Source: Octopus vulgaris
Taxonomy: Eukaryota
Assembly: GCA_951406725.2 (NCBI GenBank)
Contig: OX597829.1
Span: 15,128,001-15,192,000, forward strand
Length of the DNA: 64,000 bases
Direction: 5' to 3'
The notes under the pieces were generated by a model. That model had not been told where the DNA came from, made no database searches, and saw only the letters and a list, made by a program, of their open reading frames with translations. Every line of letters starts with the position of its first letter. Position 1 is the stretch's first letter. This document shows positions 53,230 through 64,000 of the stretch, piece after piece. A program made the position numbers and the translations under genes.

Positions 53230-54985
53230 TGTCACTTGGTGCCGAGCAGATGAGTGCAACTTTCTAGCAGCACGACGCATGGTTGTATGGGAAGGGCGAT
53301 GGGTCGACGACGATAGCGGACTTTATTTTGTACCTGACCCGCCTGCCGCGGCTCTCGGCAGCGGATTCGAGGTTCTGCGAATAGCCGATAACAGCCACTG
53401 GAATACGTGATGCCATGAGCGATTGCACAAGTTGCAAGTCGTCCGGTTTGCATTCGTGTCAAATTTGTTTGGCAACCACCTTGCAGACATCTACATTAAC
53501 AGGGAACAGTACAGGAGATTTCCTAGTGCCGCTAACCGGAGTGTGGTATCGATACTGAGAAGGGACACTAACAATGGCGACGTGCAAGGAAATTTTCAGC
53601 CCACAACTCTACTAACCAGAGAGTTTAAGATTTTGGCCAAAGTGTTAAGTAAAAGGTTTGCGCTTTTCATCGGTAGCCTGGTCAGGAAAGAGCAAACGTG
53701 TGCAATCCTGAACAGGTCTATCCACGACAATCTCCATCTTATACGATACCTTATAGAGGATGGATTCTGGGGCTAAAGCTGGCTTCGGTGAGGTCTTGAT
53801 GAATTTGGATCAGTCGAAATTATTCGAGAGGGTCGACCATCATCACTTTAAAGCCGTCCTTAAAGCGGCCGGTTTAGAACCTGTTTTCAGAGGCAGATCG
53901 CTACATTGCACAGCAGCACCTGCTTGGTGGTCAAATAAACGGCCTTTCGACTTGGAACTCAGAAGGCAGTGTTGGCGTACAAGACGACGTAATGTGTTGG
54001 ACGCCTCCGAAATGGAGGCAGTCAGTTCCATTCTAAAGGACTGAGTTGCCAAAATCAACGCCGATAAGTAGGTGGGCTTGAGCCTGGGCACCTGGAGACG
54101 CAGATCAATGTCATCGGGCAACGTTATCAGACGCTGGGGTGAGGGACCAGTTGAACTGCTCGGAACTTGATTCGGTCCCGACCATCTGGTAGATAAGAAC
54201 TGTAACGAGGTGGTGACAAGGGAGGCCACTCTTACTCAGAAATGGACAGTGAGGAAGCTGTTATTGAAACATCGGGCAGGAATGGTGAATGCTTACATCG
54301 CCTCCGTCATCATTTATCACCTGACCATCATGCCCCAGTTACTGCTTGATCAGGCTGGAGCGTCTCTTCCTTATTTTCTTACGGACGTGACGCGTTCCAA
54401 TGGTCAGCTGGTCAGTCTGCTGCCAGTACACGATGTGAGGCGGCTTAGCATGCCATGGTTTCTAATGCACAGACATGCGCTCAGGTTGCCTAATGATTTC
54501 TAGGCGGTGCTCTGTTTGTGAGACACAACTTTCCACTGCTCGTCTGTTTGACGGAGCTGCAGTCCAGAGTGAAGGATAGGCCGACACTCGGCGCCTGGCA
54601 CCTAGAATGTCGTCAGGCGCTCGCAGTCCTCTATTAGTCGGGCAATAGGATCAGTGGATATCTACTTTAGCAGTATGTAGTGGAATAGTGGTGGATATAT
54701 GCACCATTCTCAGAGAGAGAGACCATGAGTGTCGACGAAAACGACCTGTCCAGTCTCTTCCAGAGAACTTTCCGGTCGGGGACTACTATGGATATATTTC
54801 AGTCGTTCTTAGTGTGACTGTGCTACCGACAGGTGTTAGCAGTTCGAGACAAACTGGCACAGATGTGCAATCAGACAGGTTTGTCCGGGGTGCGCGCCGA
54901 GCAACGAAACCGTTCTGTATGCCTTCGTTCAGTGTAAGGGCATTGCTGAGTTGTGGAGTCATGTCGAACAGCTGCTGATACGCTT
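53230..54985 (+). mobile_element. L1/Tx1-clade LINE relic (RT to C-terminus)
   Basis: NFQPTTLLTREFKILAKVLSKR...EQTCAILNRSIHDNLHLIR; LMNLDQSKLFERVDH; NAYIASVIIYHLT. Confidence 0.85.
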
Positions 54986-54999
54986 CCACACTAATGATA

Positions 55000-56320
55000 A
55001 GCAAGTGATTGGTTTATAGTTGCTAGCTGTACTACCCTTGTTCTTATCCTTCTTAATGAATATTGTCTTCCCTCTAATCATCCAATCTGGCATTATTCCT
55101 CAATTAAGGTAATCATGAAGTTGTACTCTCACACTCCCATGTAAACTACCGAATTTCTTTAGCCAGTACCCCTGAACAAAATCTGGTCCTGGGCCCTTCC
55201 AATTCGGCATTGTCCTTAACACTTTACTCATTAATGAGTTAGTTAATCTTAGATCTGGCTGTTTCTCATTCATTACTTCTTCCCTCACTTTCTTTAACCA
55301 TACTGCATCTCCATTATTATTGACTGGTTTATCCCAAATATTGCTCCAGAACTTTCTAGTTTTCTCTGCATTAGGTTTCTCATCTACAGTACTTCGTTCT
55401 TTATTATTTAGTTGGTTATAAAATCTCCTCTGGTCTGTCTCAAATAATCTATTCTATTGATAGTCATATATTCTTTTCTGATATCTGGAAAGCTTGCCTG
55501 CTACTGCTGTGATACGCTGTTTCAACTTTTCTATTACTGTTCCAAATCATTTTTCTTTCCCTAAATATCTTTTCTCAGAGGAAGATTTGCCTTTTGTGTT
55601 TCCAAACTTGTCCAGTTTTCAGGTTTCTATTCTACTCAGATTTTGTCTTACAGTTTTCACTTTATTTTGTAGTCTCCTTTTCTATATTTGCTCTTTTTAA
55701 ACATTTTCCTCTGAGATATCTAATCTCCTGCATAGATCAATAAGTTAGTGTCTTCTATATTTTTAGTTTCTGTTCTCCTGATAACAAAATCTGCTTTCCT
55801 AGTCATTTCTTGTATCTTCCTTCTCTTGATGTCTTTTTATGCTGGTAATCTTTTTCTTACTTCTTTACTCATTACTTCCTGCAACTCATTTAAAGTCTTC
55901 TGTTCTTCCTCACTTAAATCACTTAATGTCCCTTCATTATTGGTAACGCTATTATTTTTTTTCTTTAGGCTCTTTGGTTTCAAATATATGTCTTATGCTG
56001 TTGTTTGTCTTTCCCACTGCCTGCTCTTTCTTTTTCAGATCTCTTGTGATCTCTTCTACATCTGTCATCGACTTTTTTCTTATAGCATTAGCATGATCTA
56101 CTAATCTGCTCAGTCACTTTAAACATACTCTTGTCTACCCAAAGTATTAACATCTGTTTTCTATAGGTTCACTTTCTAAGTAGCACTGTATCACAATCCT
56201 GTTTTCTTCGCTGGCTCACTTCCTCCTCCTTGCTCTATTATCTGCTGATGCTGTACTAGGATGACACCTGTGGTCAGTCTGCATCTTTACTGAACCATTG
56301 CCGAGCGAGAGGCCGTCTCT
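55000..56320 (-). mobile_element. R4/Dong-clade relic, N-terminus to RT domain 1
   Basis: MPNWKGPGPDFVQGYWLKKF...PDWMIRGKTIFIKKD...NYKPITCL. Confidence 0.85.
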
Positions 56321-56815
56321 TAAAGGCTCAGTTCATTTTCGCTGTTATAACAAGAGTTTTTCGGAAACTTCTGTCTCTCATAAACTGAGGTAAGGTAACG
56401 TTCGTCACCATTGTCATCGCCACTATTATTTTCGAAAGCTGAAAATTTCAAGCAACTTTCACGTGTATCATCTGTTGCACCTTTGTGCTGGTGGAGTGGT
56501 ATGTGCTGCATTTTTTGGCGGCGAGGGGATATTGTATTGTATCAGTGCGTTTTATTATGGGGTTTTGCTTGAATCTTCGGTTGTATTAGTTTTTATTTGT
56601 GCTGTTTGTACAGCACAGGTTGTGTCGGGTATCAGCCTTCTATGACACGTGCTGTGAGTTTTGTGCATTTTCTTCGGTATTTACAGTATAGTCTTGGATA
56701 ATTTTGGAGGGTGTGTTGTATTGTCGTGTGTATGTGTATAACTTCTAAGTCAAATATTTTATAGTATTATAACTATCCTTCCAACGTTCTTTTGCTTGGT
56801 TTTGTTATGGATTCC

Positions 56816-56938
<123 letters not shown>

Positions 56939-57840
56939 TTTTCCCTTTCATTATTATCTTCTTTCAATTCTGTTTCATTTTCTTGTTGAGTGCCTTCCCG
57001 ACTCCTAGGGCAGAGATACGCACTGTATATATTTGCAGACCATTAAAATAATCACATCAGCCATGTGATAGAAAAAAGAGGAAGAAACACAGAGAGAAAA
57101 AGAAAAAAGTATAAAAAATATAAAAATATAGAAGATATAAAATATAAAAGTAAACAAAGAAAATAAATGTCAAAAGAAGGTAAGGAAATTCACAGCGGCA
57201 ATGCTCTTCTCAATATGTGTGACGTAACAGTTAATACAATCTCTTGCGCTTCCTGCACGAATGATAATCCATGGATCATTCTCAAATAATGTTCAGTTCG
57301 TTTACTGCTCATTTCAGTTGCTTCTACAATCACTGGTATTTTAACGTCTTGAGATGCTATTTTTGCTCCTACTACTGTGTGGTTTTATTAAATGCTGTTT
57401 ACTTCCACTTTTTGTCTTGTACTTGTGATAATCATAAATATGTGAAGATTGAAGTAGGTAGTAGGAGAAAAGGAAGCAGCTCGGTGAATAGACCAAATTC
57501 CCACAGGTTTGTAAATAGGTTCGGCAGATGGTGAGAAGGAGATTAACAACGGGGGTTTCGCATTCCTGTGTGATCAGGAGACAAAAGAAGCTTCTCAGCT
57601 ATGCGGTCAGCAGAGGACAAATGCGTTTACCACTACTAGCGATCAATGAGAGCACTGACTTTGGACTTGCAAAGAACCAATTTACCTTGTTCTGTTTATA
57701 ATTACTGATAGAAAAATGATAATATATATATACTGACGTTTACATCGTTGAACTTTTGAATCATCATCATCATCATCATCATCATTATCATCACCACCAC
57801 CACCTCCTCCTCCTCTTCCTACTACTTCTTCTTCTTCTTC

Positions 57841-57932
<92 letters not shown>

Positions 57933-58280
57933 GAGTGAGAGAGCAGTTCATGCCATCAAAGTGACACTGGGGTAAAATATACAAAGCCCAGTATAATCAT
58001 CATGACTACCCGTGTGATAAGCGTACACTAGGCACATACATCACAACTAGATGTGCGCGACATGGTGATCTCATATCAAGATAAACAGTGCATGACCTTG
58101 CAGGTGTGGCCCAGTTAGAATTTTCTTCTGGTCGAGTAACCCATCTCGCTCAAAAGGTACCAGAATAAGGATCGTTTAAGGATGTTGAACGAACCACCCA
58201 TGTTTCCAAAGGTGAATTATCCAAATCTCTAAGAATTCCTTTCAACACACGGCTATGATTTTCCCCACTATTTTTGCTTG
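57933..58280 (-). mobile_element. Family E element, 5' truncated
   Basis: Reverse complement of about 29030-29378; abuts (TTA)n at 57840-57932. Confidence 0.8.
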
Positions 58281-58299
58281 GGGACGATACTTCTATTGG

Positions 58300-59225
58300 G
58301 GACTATATTGTTCCCAAAGTCTTAATAATTGGCACGTTCCTTATTTTCTATAGCTATTTTGTACACCTGAGGATTCTATATATTTATTTTTCCCCTTTGT
58401 TCTTGACTATTCGTGTGTCAGATGGGCACTAAACATCAATTATATAACACACGAGATGCATCTTGCCGACAACTACTTGTTCTGGTCTGTTAAGCTCTTG
58501 CACCTGATCTATTTGCATTGACAAATCTCTCAGATATTGCAGGTCTCCGACTGCGCCATTCTCTGTGGTTTGTGCTCATACCACGTCTTGCCTCTCTCTA
58601 GCCCACACTTCCACACAGTTCCATCGTAGCACTTTCGCTAGTAATGGTTTGCTGCAAGTCTAGGGCATTCATTGTGGTTTCGTCCACTCTATTACAGATG
58701 CGGCACAGTGGAGACACTTGCTCATTCCTAAGGTTGACTCTCTAATTTATGACCAAAGCTTCGTATTGCACCCCCAGTATAGTGCTCTCAGTCTATTTTT
58801 TAGGGTTTCTTCCTTTAGTCAATCCCATCTATGTTTTCCAGCAACTTCAGATGTGACTACATGGAATTGGTTGTGAACTCCCTTGTTGTATAATGCTTCT
58901 TCATGTCCTTTTTGTACTTTTTTCTTTTGTTTTCCCCTTTCCTCTGCTTTCCCAACTGACCCTGCTTTCCTAAATAACACTGCTTTCCTAACTGACACCC
59001 CCTCATTCCTGACTGACACTAGCAAGGTTTCCTTCCTTTGGGATTTGTATCCCAATAAGCTCCTGACCTCGATGTGTACGCCGCCTTCCACACTTATCAG
59101 TCCTCTTCCTCTATTTGCTGTCTTCATGTACAGGCGATCAGACTCTGCAAGTGGATGTTAGGTTTCATGCATGTTTAAGAGCTTTCTCGTCTTCCTGATC
59201 AACTCCTTTAACTCTTCTTCTGTCC
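58300..59225 (-). mobile_element. R4/Dong-clade relic, C-terminal half
   Basis: HPLAESDRLYMKTANRGRGLISVE; CRIC; WYEHKP; NRPEQVVV. Confidence 0.75.
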
Positions 59226-59279
59226 AAACCCTCCTCCCGTTCCTCCTTCTCCTCCCCTCATCATCATCATTTTAATTGT

Positions 59280-62200
59280 GCTTTCACTATACAACTGGGC
59301 ACTGCTTTGTCTACTTTCGATATGTGAAATATTGGGTTTTGGCTTTGTTATTTCTTTTTTTAAAACAAAGATTGTGTGTAATATATGTTAAGTACCTTGT
59401 TCTGTCAATGACATCTGTTTGTGTTGATACTCCTATCAAGGAGCGTTGTATTCCTTCGTCATCCTTGACAACAATATTCAGATGATTAGCCTGAATTGTC
59501 ATGTATGTATTGGCATACATCAGAATTTTGTCATTTTACTATTCTCAGAGACCTTTTCTGGTGTATATTTACGCTAGTTCCTTTCTACTTGTATTTCATA
59601 ATGCTGGTATATCTTCTAGTGTATGAAATCCCTCAAATCTGTCATACTTGCAAGTGTATTATTTCTGATACGTTACAGGTCAGTAAGAGACAATGGGTTT
59701 ACTTTCCCCCACCCCAAACTCTACATATTCTACACTTAGTGTATTCCGTTGCATCACTTTCTTTGGCTGGATTTTGGTAGGGGAGAATTTGACCCAGTGC
59801 GCCCTAATCAACAATCTCTTAATCTCAGCTTTCAGTCTCACATTTTTCATACAGTAGTTATTATTGCAACCAGTTTAGGTTTTTCAGATGTTAGCCGCCT
59901 AAAGTGTTGCTTTATCATCGCTTTTGCATGATATTGTGTGCCGTACCACTATTTTAAACCTTTTTATAGGAGTCATTATTTCTTTTGTTATATCTTTCTT
60001 CTTACTACAGACTTTTATTTCAACGTCCATTTTGTCTTTATTGTAACCCTGGCAGATAAAATACAAGGACAGGTTTGTATTGTTTATGTTTTGTTGTTAT
60101 TTATATTAGTTTTCTGGGATCTTTTCGGTTTGAAAGGCAGTTTTTTTCTAGCAGTGTGATATGAAATTGTCACCCATAATTATGACCCTAGAATCGATCT
60201 ATTGCATTTCAATCTCTTTTAGGGTTAGGGTTAGGGGGGAGGGTATCGTTTTTTCTTCACAAATGTAAATAAACCAAATCTGTTTCTTAAACGAGGGACA
60301 TATTCATACGGCACAGAATTTTTTACCTCAATAGACGTCATTGATTGGTTGAAATTTCAAAAATTGAAGAAAAAAACCCAACAAATATCTTACAAACTAC
60401 AAAATTTTCTCAATAAAGCCAAGAGAAAAAGATGTTTTATAAACACATTCTACCAGTATACGAAGTTTAAAATTTTCTAGTTATCAATAAATTATGTTAA
60501 AAACTGCCGTTCAAACCGAAAAGATCTGTTTTCTGTCATTCTTTACTAGATATTTACTAGCTCTGCAGTGGATATTTTATACTAGTTTTCCAGCTTCATA
60601 GAACTCATAACACCTTCTGTGTGGCAAATATAATCAGAAGGCATCAGATTTTGGTGGATTAATGCTAATGTATTCTAATGTATTCTAAGTGCAGTCATTG
60701 TTTTTGCCTAGTCTTGCTAACTTATTTAGTACCCATTTGAGAATATTATAACAATAACTTATTCCAGGTACCTCTAGCGTATTGATTCTTGCAATTTTTT
60801 TCTTTGCATTTAGCTAATTTCACAGCGATAATATACTTTCTGTATTTTCTTTCATGAGTATATTCTACTTGATGTAGTTTCTTATGCTTTAAGTTGGCGT
60901 TTGATGGAATTGTGTTATCATTAATTCTATAGCTAGCACAATATTACTGTTCCTGATTTAAATTCTACACTCCAAGATTATTCTTGTGCATGTTTGTAAA
61001 CAAAACTTCATGCTAATTCTTCAAGTAAATTCGTAACGTCCATACATATACCAAAAACGTTGATTTTTCTTCCCATAGCATTTGAAAACACGTATCATCA
61101 GTTTTCACAGTTTGGTTAAACAAGTTGAGAAGGGAAGACCCAATTTAATGGTAAGGGGTTATATGTTATAATTCCCTCTTTGAATCTGCAGAATTTTTTC
61201 TCCATTTATCCATGACATATTTAATGTTTATCCTTTTTATTGGTGCTACCTTAGTAGTTAAAGGCTTTCCGAACACATTCCCGTAAACCATTATCAAAAG
61301 CCTTCCTTTTCCTTCCGTAGTCTTCGTTTATGACTTTTTTCTTCTGTAATTTATCTTTACAGCCAAGGAATCTTTGCCGCATCTCGTATTTTCTTCTGGA
61401 AATTAATTGTTTCTTGTGTTTTCTTTTCTTTTTTTTCTATTTATATCCTCTACGATATTATTTCACTTAAGGTTTTGTAAGCTGCAGGGAGGCAGGTTAT
61501 GTATTTGTATTTTTAAGAATTAGCTATTTCTTTAGTCTTGGATATTAAGATAGTTTTTTTTTCTTCCTTCGGTGAACTAGTCAGGTATCATTTCCGCTTC
61601 TTTTATTAATAGGATGCCATTAAACATCTCTGCAAGTATAATACTTTATTATCTGCAGTTCTAAAATATTTTAACCAGAAATTTAGGATATTATTATTTC
61701 CTGAATCCTGCCAGTTCTTCGATTTTTGAAATGTCTTGGCTATTCTTGAGTTGATGTGAGCTTCCACAATTGCACAGATGCTATGTTCGCAGTTTTGAAG
61801 AATTTGTCTATAGTGATTCTTTCGCTGCCCATAATCATCTCTAGAGTTCTTCAGCTTCTGTTGCTATTGGTGCTGCATCTATTTCTAGTTCCAGTACTTG
61901 AGAAACATTCGTTTGGAGTTTGATTCAAGCTGGGTTTTTTTTCTTTTATTCAAAGAATCATTGTCAGTTTTCATAATAACGGGTTCCTTGCCATTCAGCT
62001 AGAATATCTATTTTCATGCATTCTTTGATTTCGAGTAATTTTTTTTTCTGTTAAATTTCTGTAGTTTTTGTCTAACCCTTTTTTAACTGTCTCTTTTTGT
62101 AATTGAACTTGTTAAAGATTTCGATATGTTATATCTTTTGTTCTGTATCTTTATTTCCCACGTGGTTCACAAGTTTATAACATTGATATATTAGTAAAGC

Positions 62201-62960
62201 TAAAAGTATGTCCTCTCCACTTTATATCTGCAATGACTGTAACATTTATTACTTCTTTTATGTATGTATCTGTTGTCATTAAATCTGCGATAGGAGATTA
62301 GTGATTTTTAATTCTTTAACTCTCAAAATTCTCATTATTGTCATATTGGTAATTTCCATCTTTACAATTTTCTATTCTTAACCTTTCTTGTATTTCCATT
62401 TATGGACCTGTTTTGTACTGTTCTTGTTTAGTTTTGTTGATGGTTAGCATTCTCTGTTTCACTGTTTGATTTCGTTATGCTTATTTTTTTTTCTTTGGTT
62501 TTGTTTTGAATATGTTATGTCTTTCTGCGTGGTTTATATTCTCAAAATGTTTATCTCTGGTTCTCATTCATTTTTGTTTTTTTATTTATGCGCTTTTTTT
62601 CTTGTATGTTTTGTTCCTATCAAGTATTCTATTTCCATAACAGATATCTTTTCGGTTTTGAGAATGTATTTTCCAAAATTAGTTTGTTCAGATCTACTGT
62701 TACTTCTACATCAGGATTAATTTCTCTCTAAATTTTACACGAACACATTATCATAGCTTCGTTTTTATAAGCGGAGTATTACTTCAAATGCCCTTTCCTT
62801 AATCAGCCCCATACCCTAGTTTTCCTGAAGTTGGTGTTCTAAAAACTTACATACAGTTCAGTTCTCGTTCAGTTTTTCTTTCCACCTTTACTTGATGTCT
62901 TTCTCTCCGTCTACTAATGCTTGTTTTCTTTCACTTACAACACTTCAGGAATAAATAAAT
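59280..62960 (-). mobile_element. Long, heavily decayed R4/Dong-clade element interrupted by a MITE
   Basis: KNWQDSGNNNILNFWLKYF; YKYITCLPAA; YLE*VI; purine-rich minus-strand pseudo-ORF. Confidence 0.65.
60117..60527. mobile_element. MITE / non-autonomous DNA transposon with 29-bp TIRs, 8-bp TSD and internal (TTAGGG)3
   Basis: TIR GGATCTTTTCGGTTTGAAAGGCAGTTTTT matches the right end with 2 mismatches; TSD GTTTTCTG at 60109-60116 and 60528-60535; TTAGGG x3 at 60219-60236. Confidence 0.9.
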
Positions 62961-63772
62961 AAAAAAATAATAAAATCCCCTCCTTATTTAGGTTATAATT
63001 TTCTCAGGTAACTTTGTTTCGATGATGCTGAGTGTTTAACGTTACCTTTACTCCTACGTTTTGCATAAAATTCAAAACTGCGCATTCTCCTTTTAACATT
63101 AGACTAAAACTAAATGATATGGCTTTTACATATAATGTTTGTCATTTAATTTTGTGAGGAATGACAAAATTTGCTATAGATGATTTGTGTTCTGTTACTT
63201 TCCTTATATGTGGTGGCCGATCACTGGCAAATATAAACATTTGAAATACATTAATTATATCAGGTAAAAAGGCAATAAAATTCTAATGTGTAAGTAAACT
63301 ATTGATTTATTGTGTAATAAACATTTTCGTAACATTTTCAGCTTTGACTTGTTGTTTTTTAATTGGTGTTAAATGATTTTTAGAAACAGTCGGATACAGT
63401 TCTAGCATGTTAAACCCCGTATTTATTGTTTATTGGTATTATCATTATTGTTGTAGCTGTTGTTGATGTGATTGTTGTTGTTGTTTTTGTTGTTGTTTTC
63501 GTTGTTTTTGTTACAGCTTGTTATAGAAGATGGATGTAAGAACTGCGTATGCTATTGGTAAATGAGATATAGGCCTATAGTTTTTTTTTTATTTTGGAGG
63601 GGGAGAGCTGTTGTAGATTTGTGTTGTGCAATAAATATTGTTTTCCATTCCAACATCTAAATATGTATTGATTTTGGCTTTCTGCCATATATCTACTGGT
63701 ACTGATCAGACATTTCACTCAGAAATTTGAGACCTTTGTTAATCGCAGGAACTTTCCACTTGCAGGCAGTTC

Positions 63773-63985
63773 TTGGTGAGCTGGCAGAATCGTTAGAAAG
63801 CTGGGCAAAATGCTTTACGGCATTCCGTACGCCTTCACTTCCTGAGTTTAAATTCCACTGAGATCGACTTTGTTGTTCATCCATTCAGGTTCGATAAAAT
63901 AAGGACCATTTGAGCTCTGGGATTGATGTAATCGACTTACCCTCTCTCCAGAAATTGCTGGCCTTGTGCCAAATTTGAAAACAAT
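63773..63985 (+). mobile_element. SINE family B variant
   Basis: ggtgagctggcagaatcgttag...aaattccactgagatcgactttg...cgataaaataaggacc. Confidence 0.75.
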
Positions 63986-64000
63986 GTTGCGAGTAATGGC

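Noticed and set aside
60219-60236. (TTAGGG)3 as a telomere or fusion scar
   Set aside because: It lies inside a MITE with intact TIRs and TSD.

Overview
This is AT-rich, microsatellite-saturated animal DNA. The repeat content points to a coleoid cephalopod, most likely Octopus (inference from the tRNA-derived SINE families, abundant R4/Dong, L1-Tx1, RTE and Penelope-like relics, and (TA)n/(TATG)n/(TAA)n arrays). I found no intact host protein-coding gene, rRNA, tRNA or CRISPR array; the window reads as intronic or intergenic transposon debris, and nearly all ORFs in the track are microsatellite artefacts or decayed TE fragments. The most notable hidden signal is a set of hammerhead-ribozyme (HHR) motifs in Penelope-like terminal repeats. 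At 868-928 all three helices close flush on the catalytic core, but the strands occur in a non-circularly permuted (pseudoknotted) order. A truncated relative at 34750-34800 keeps the same 25-nt spacing. There is also a type I HHR upstream of a Penelope ORF relic (22032-22103), a minimal HHR with an A6U core variant (30153-30194, minus strand) and a decayed type I HHR (21209-21253). Other items are a 91-bp-arm foldback, a young tandem Helitron pair, a MITE carrying (TTAGGG)3, a (TAA)n-targeted non-autonomous retroelement and several AG|GT recursive-splice-like sites. All calls were made by eye; TE boundaries are approximate unless termini are quoted.
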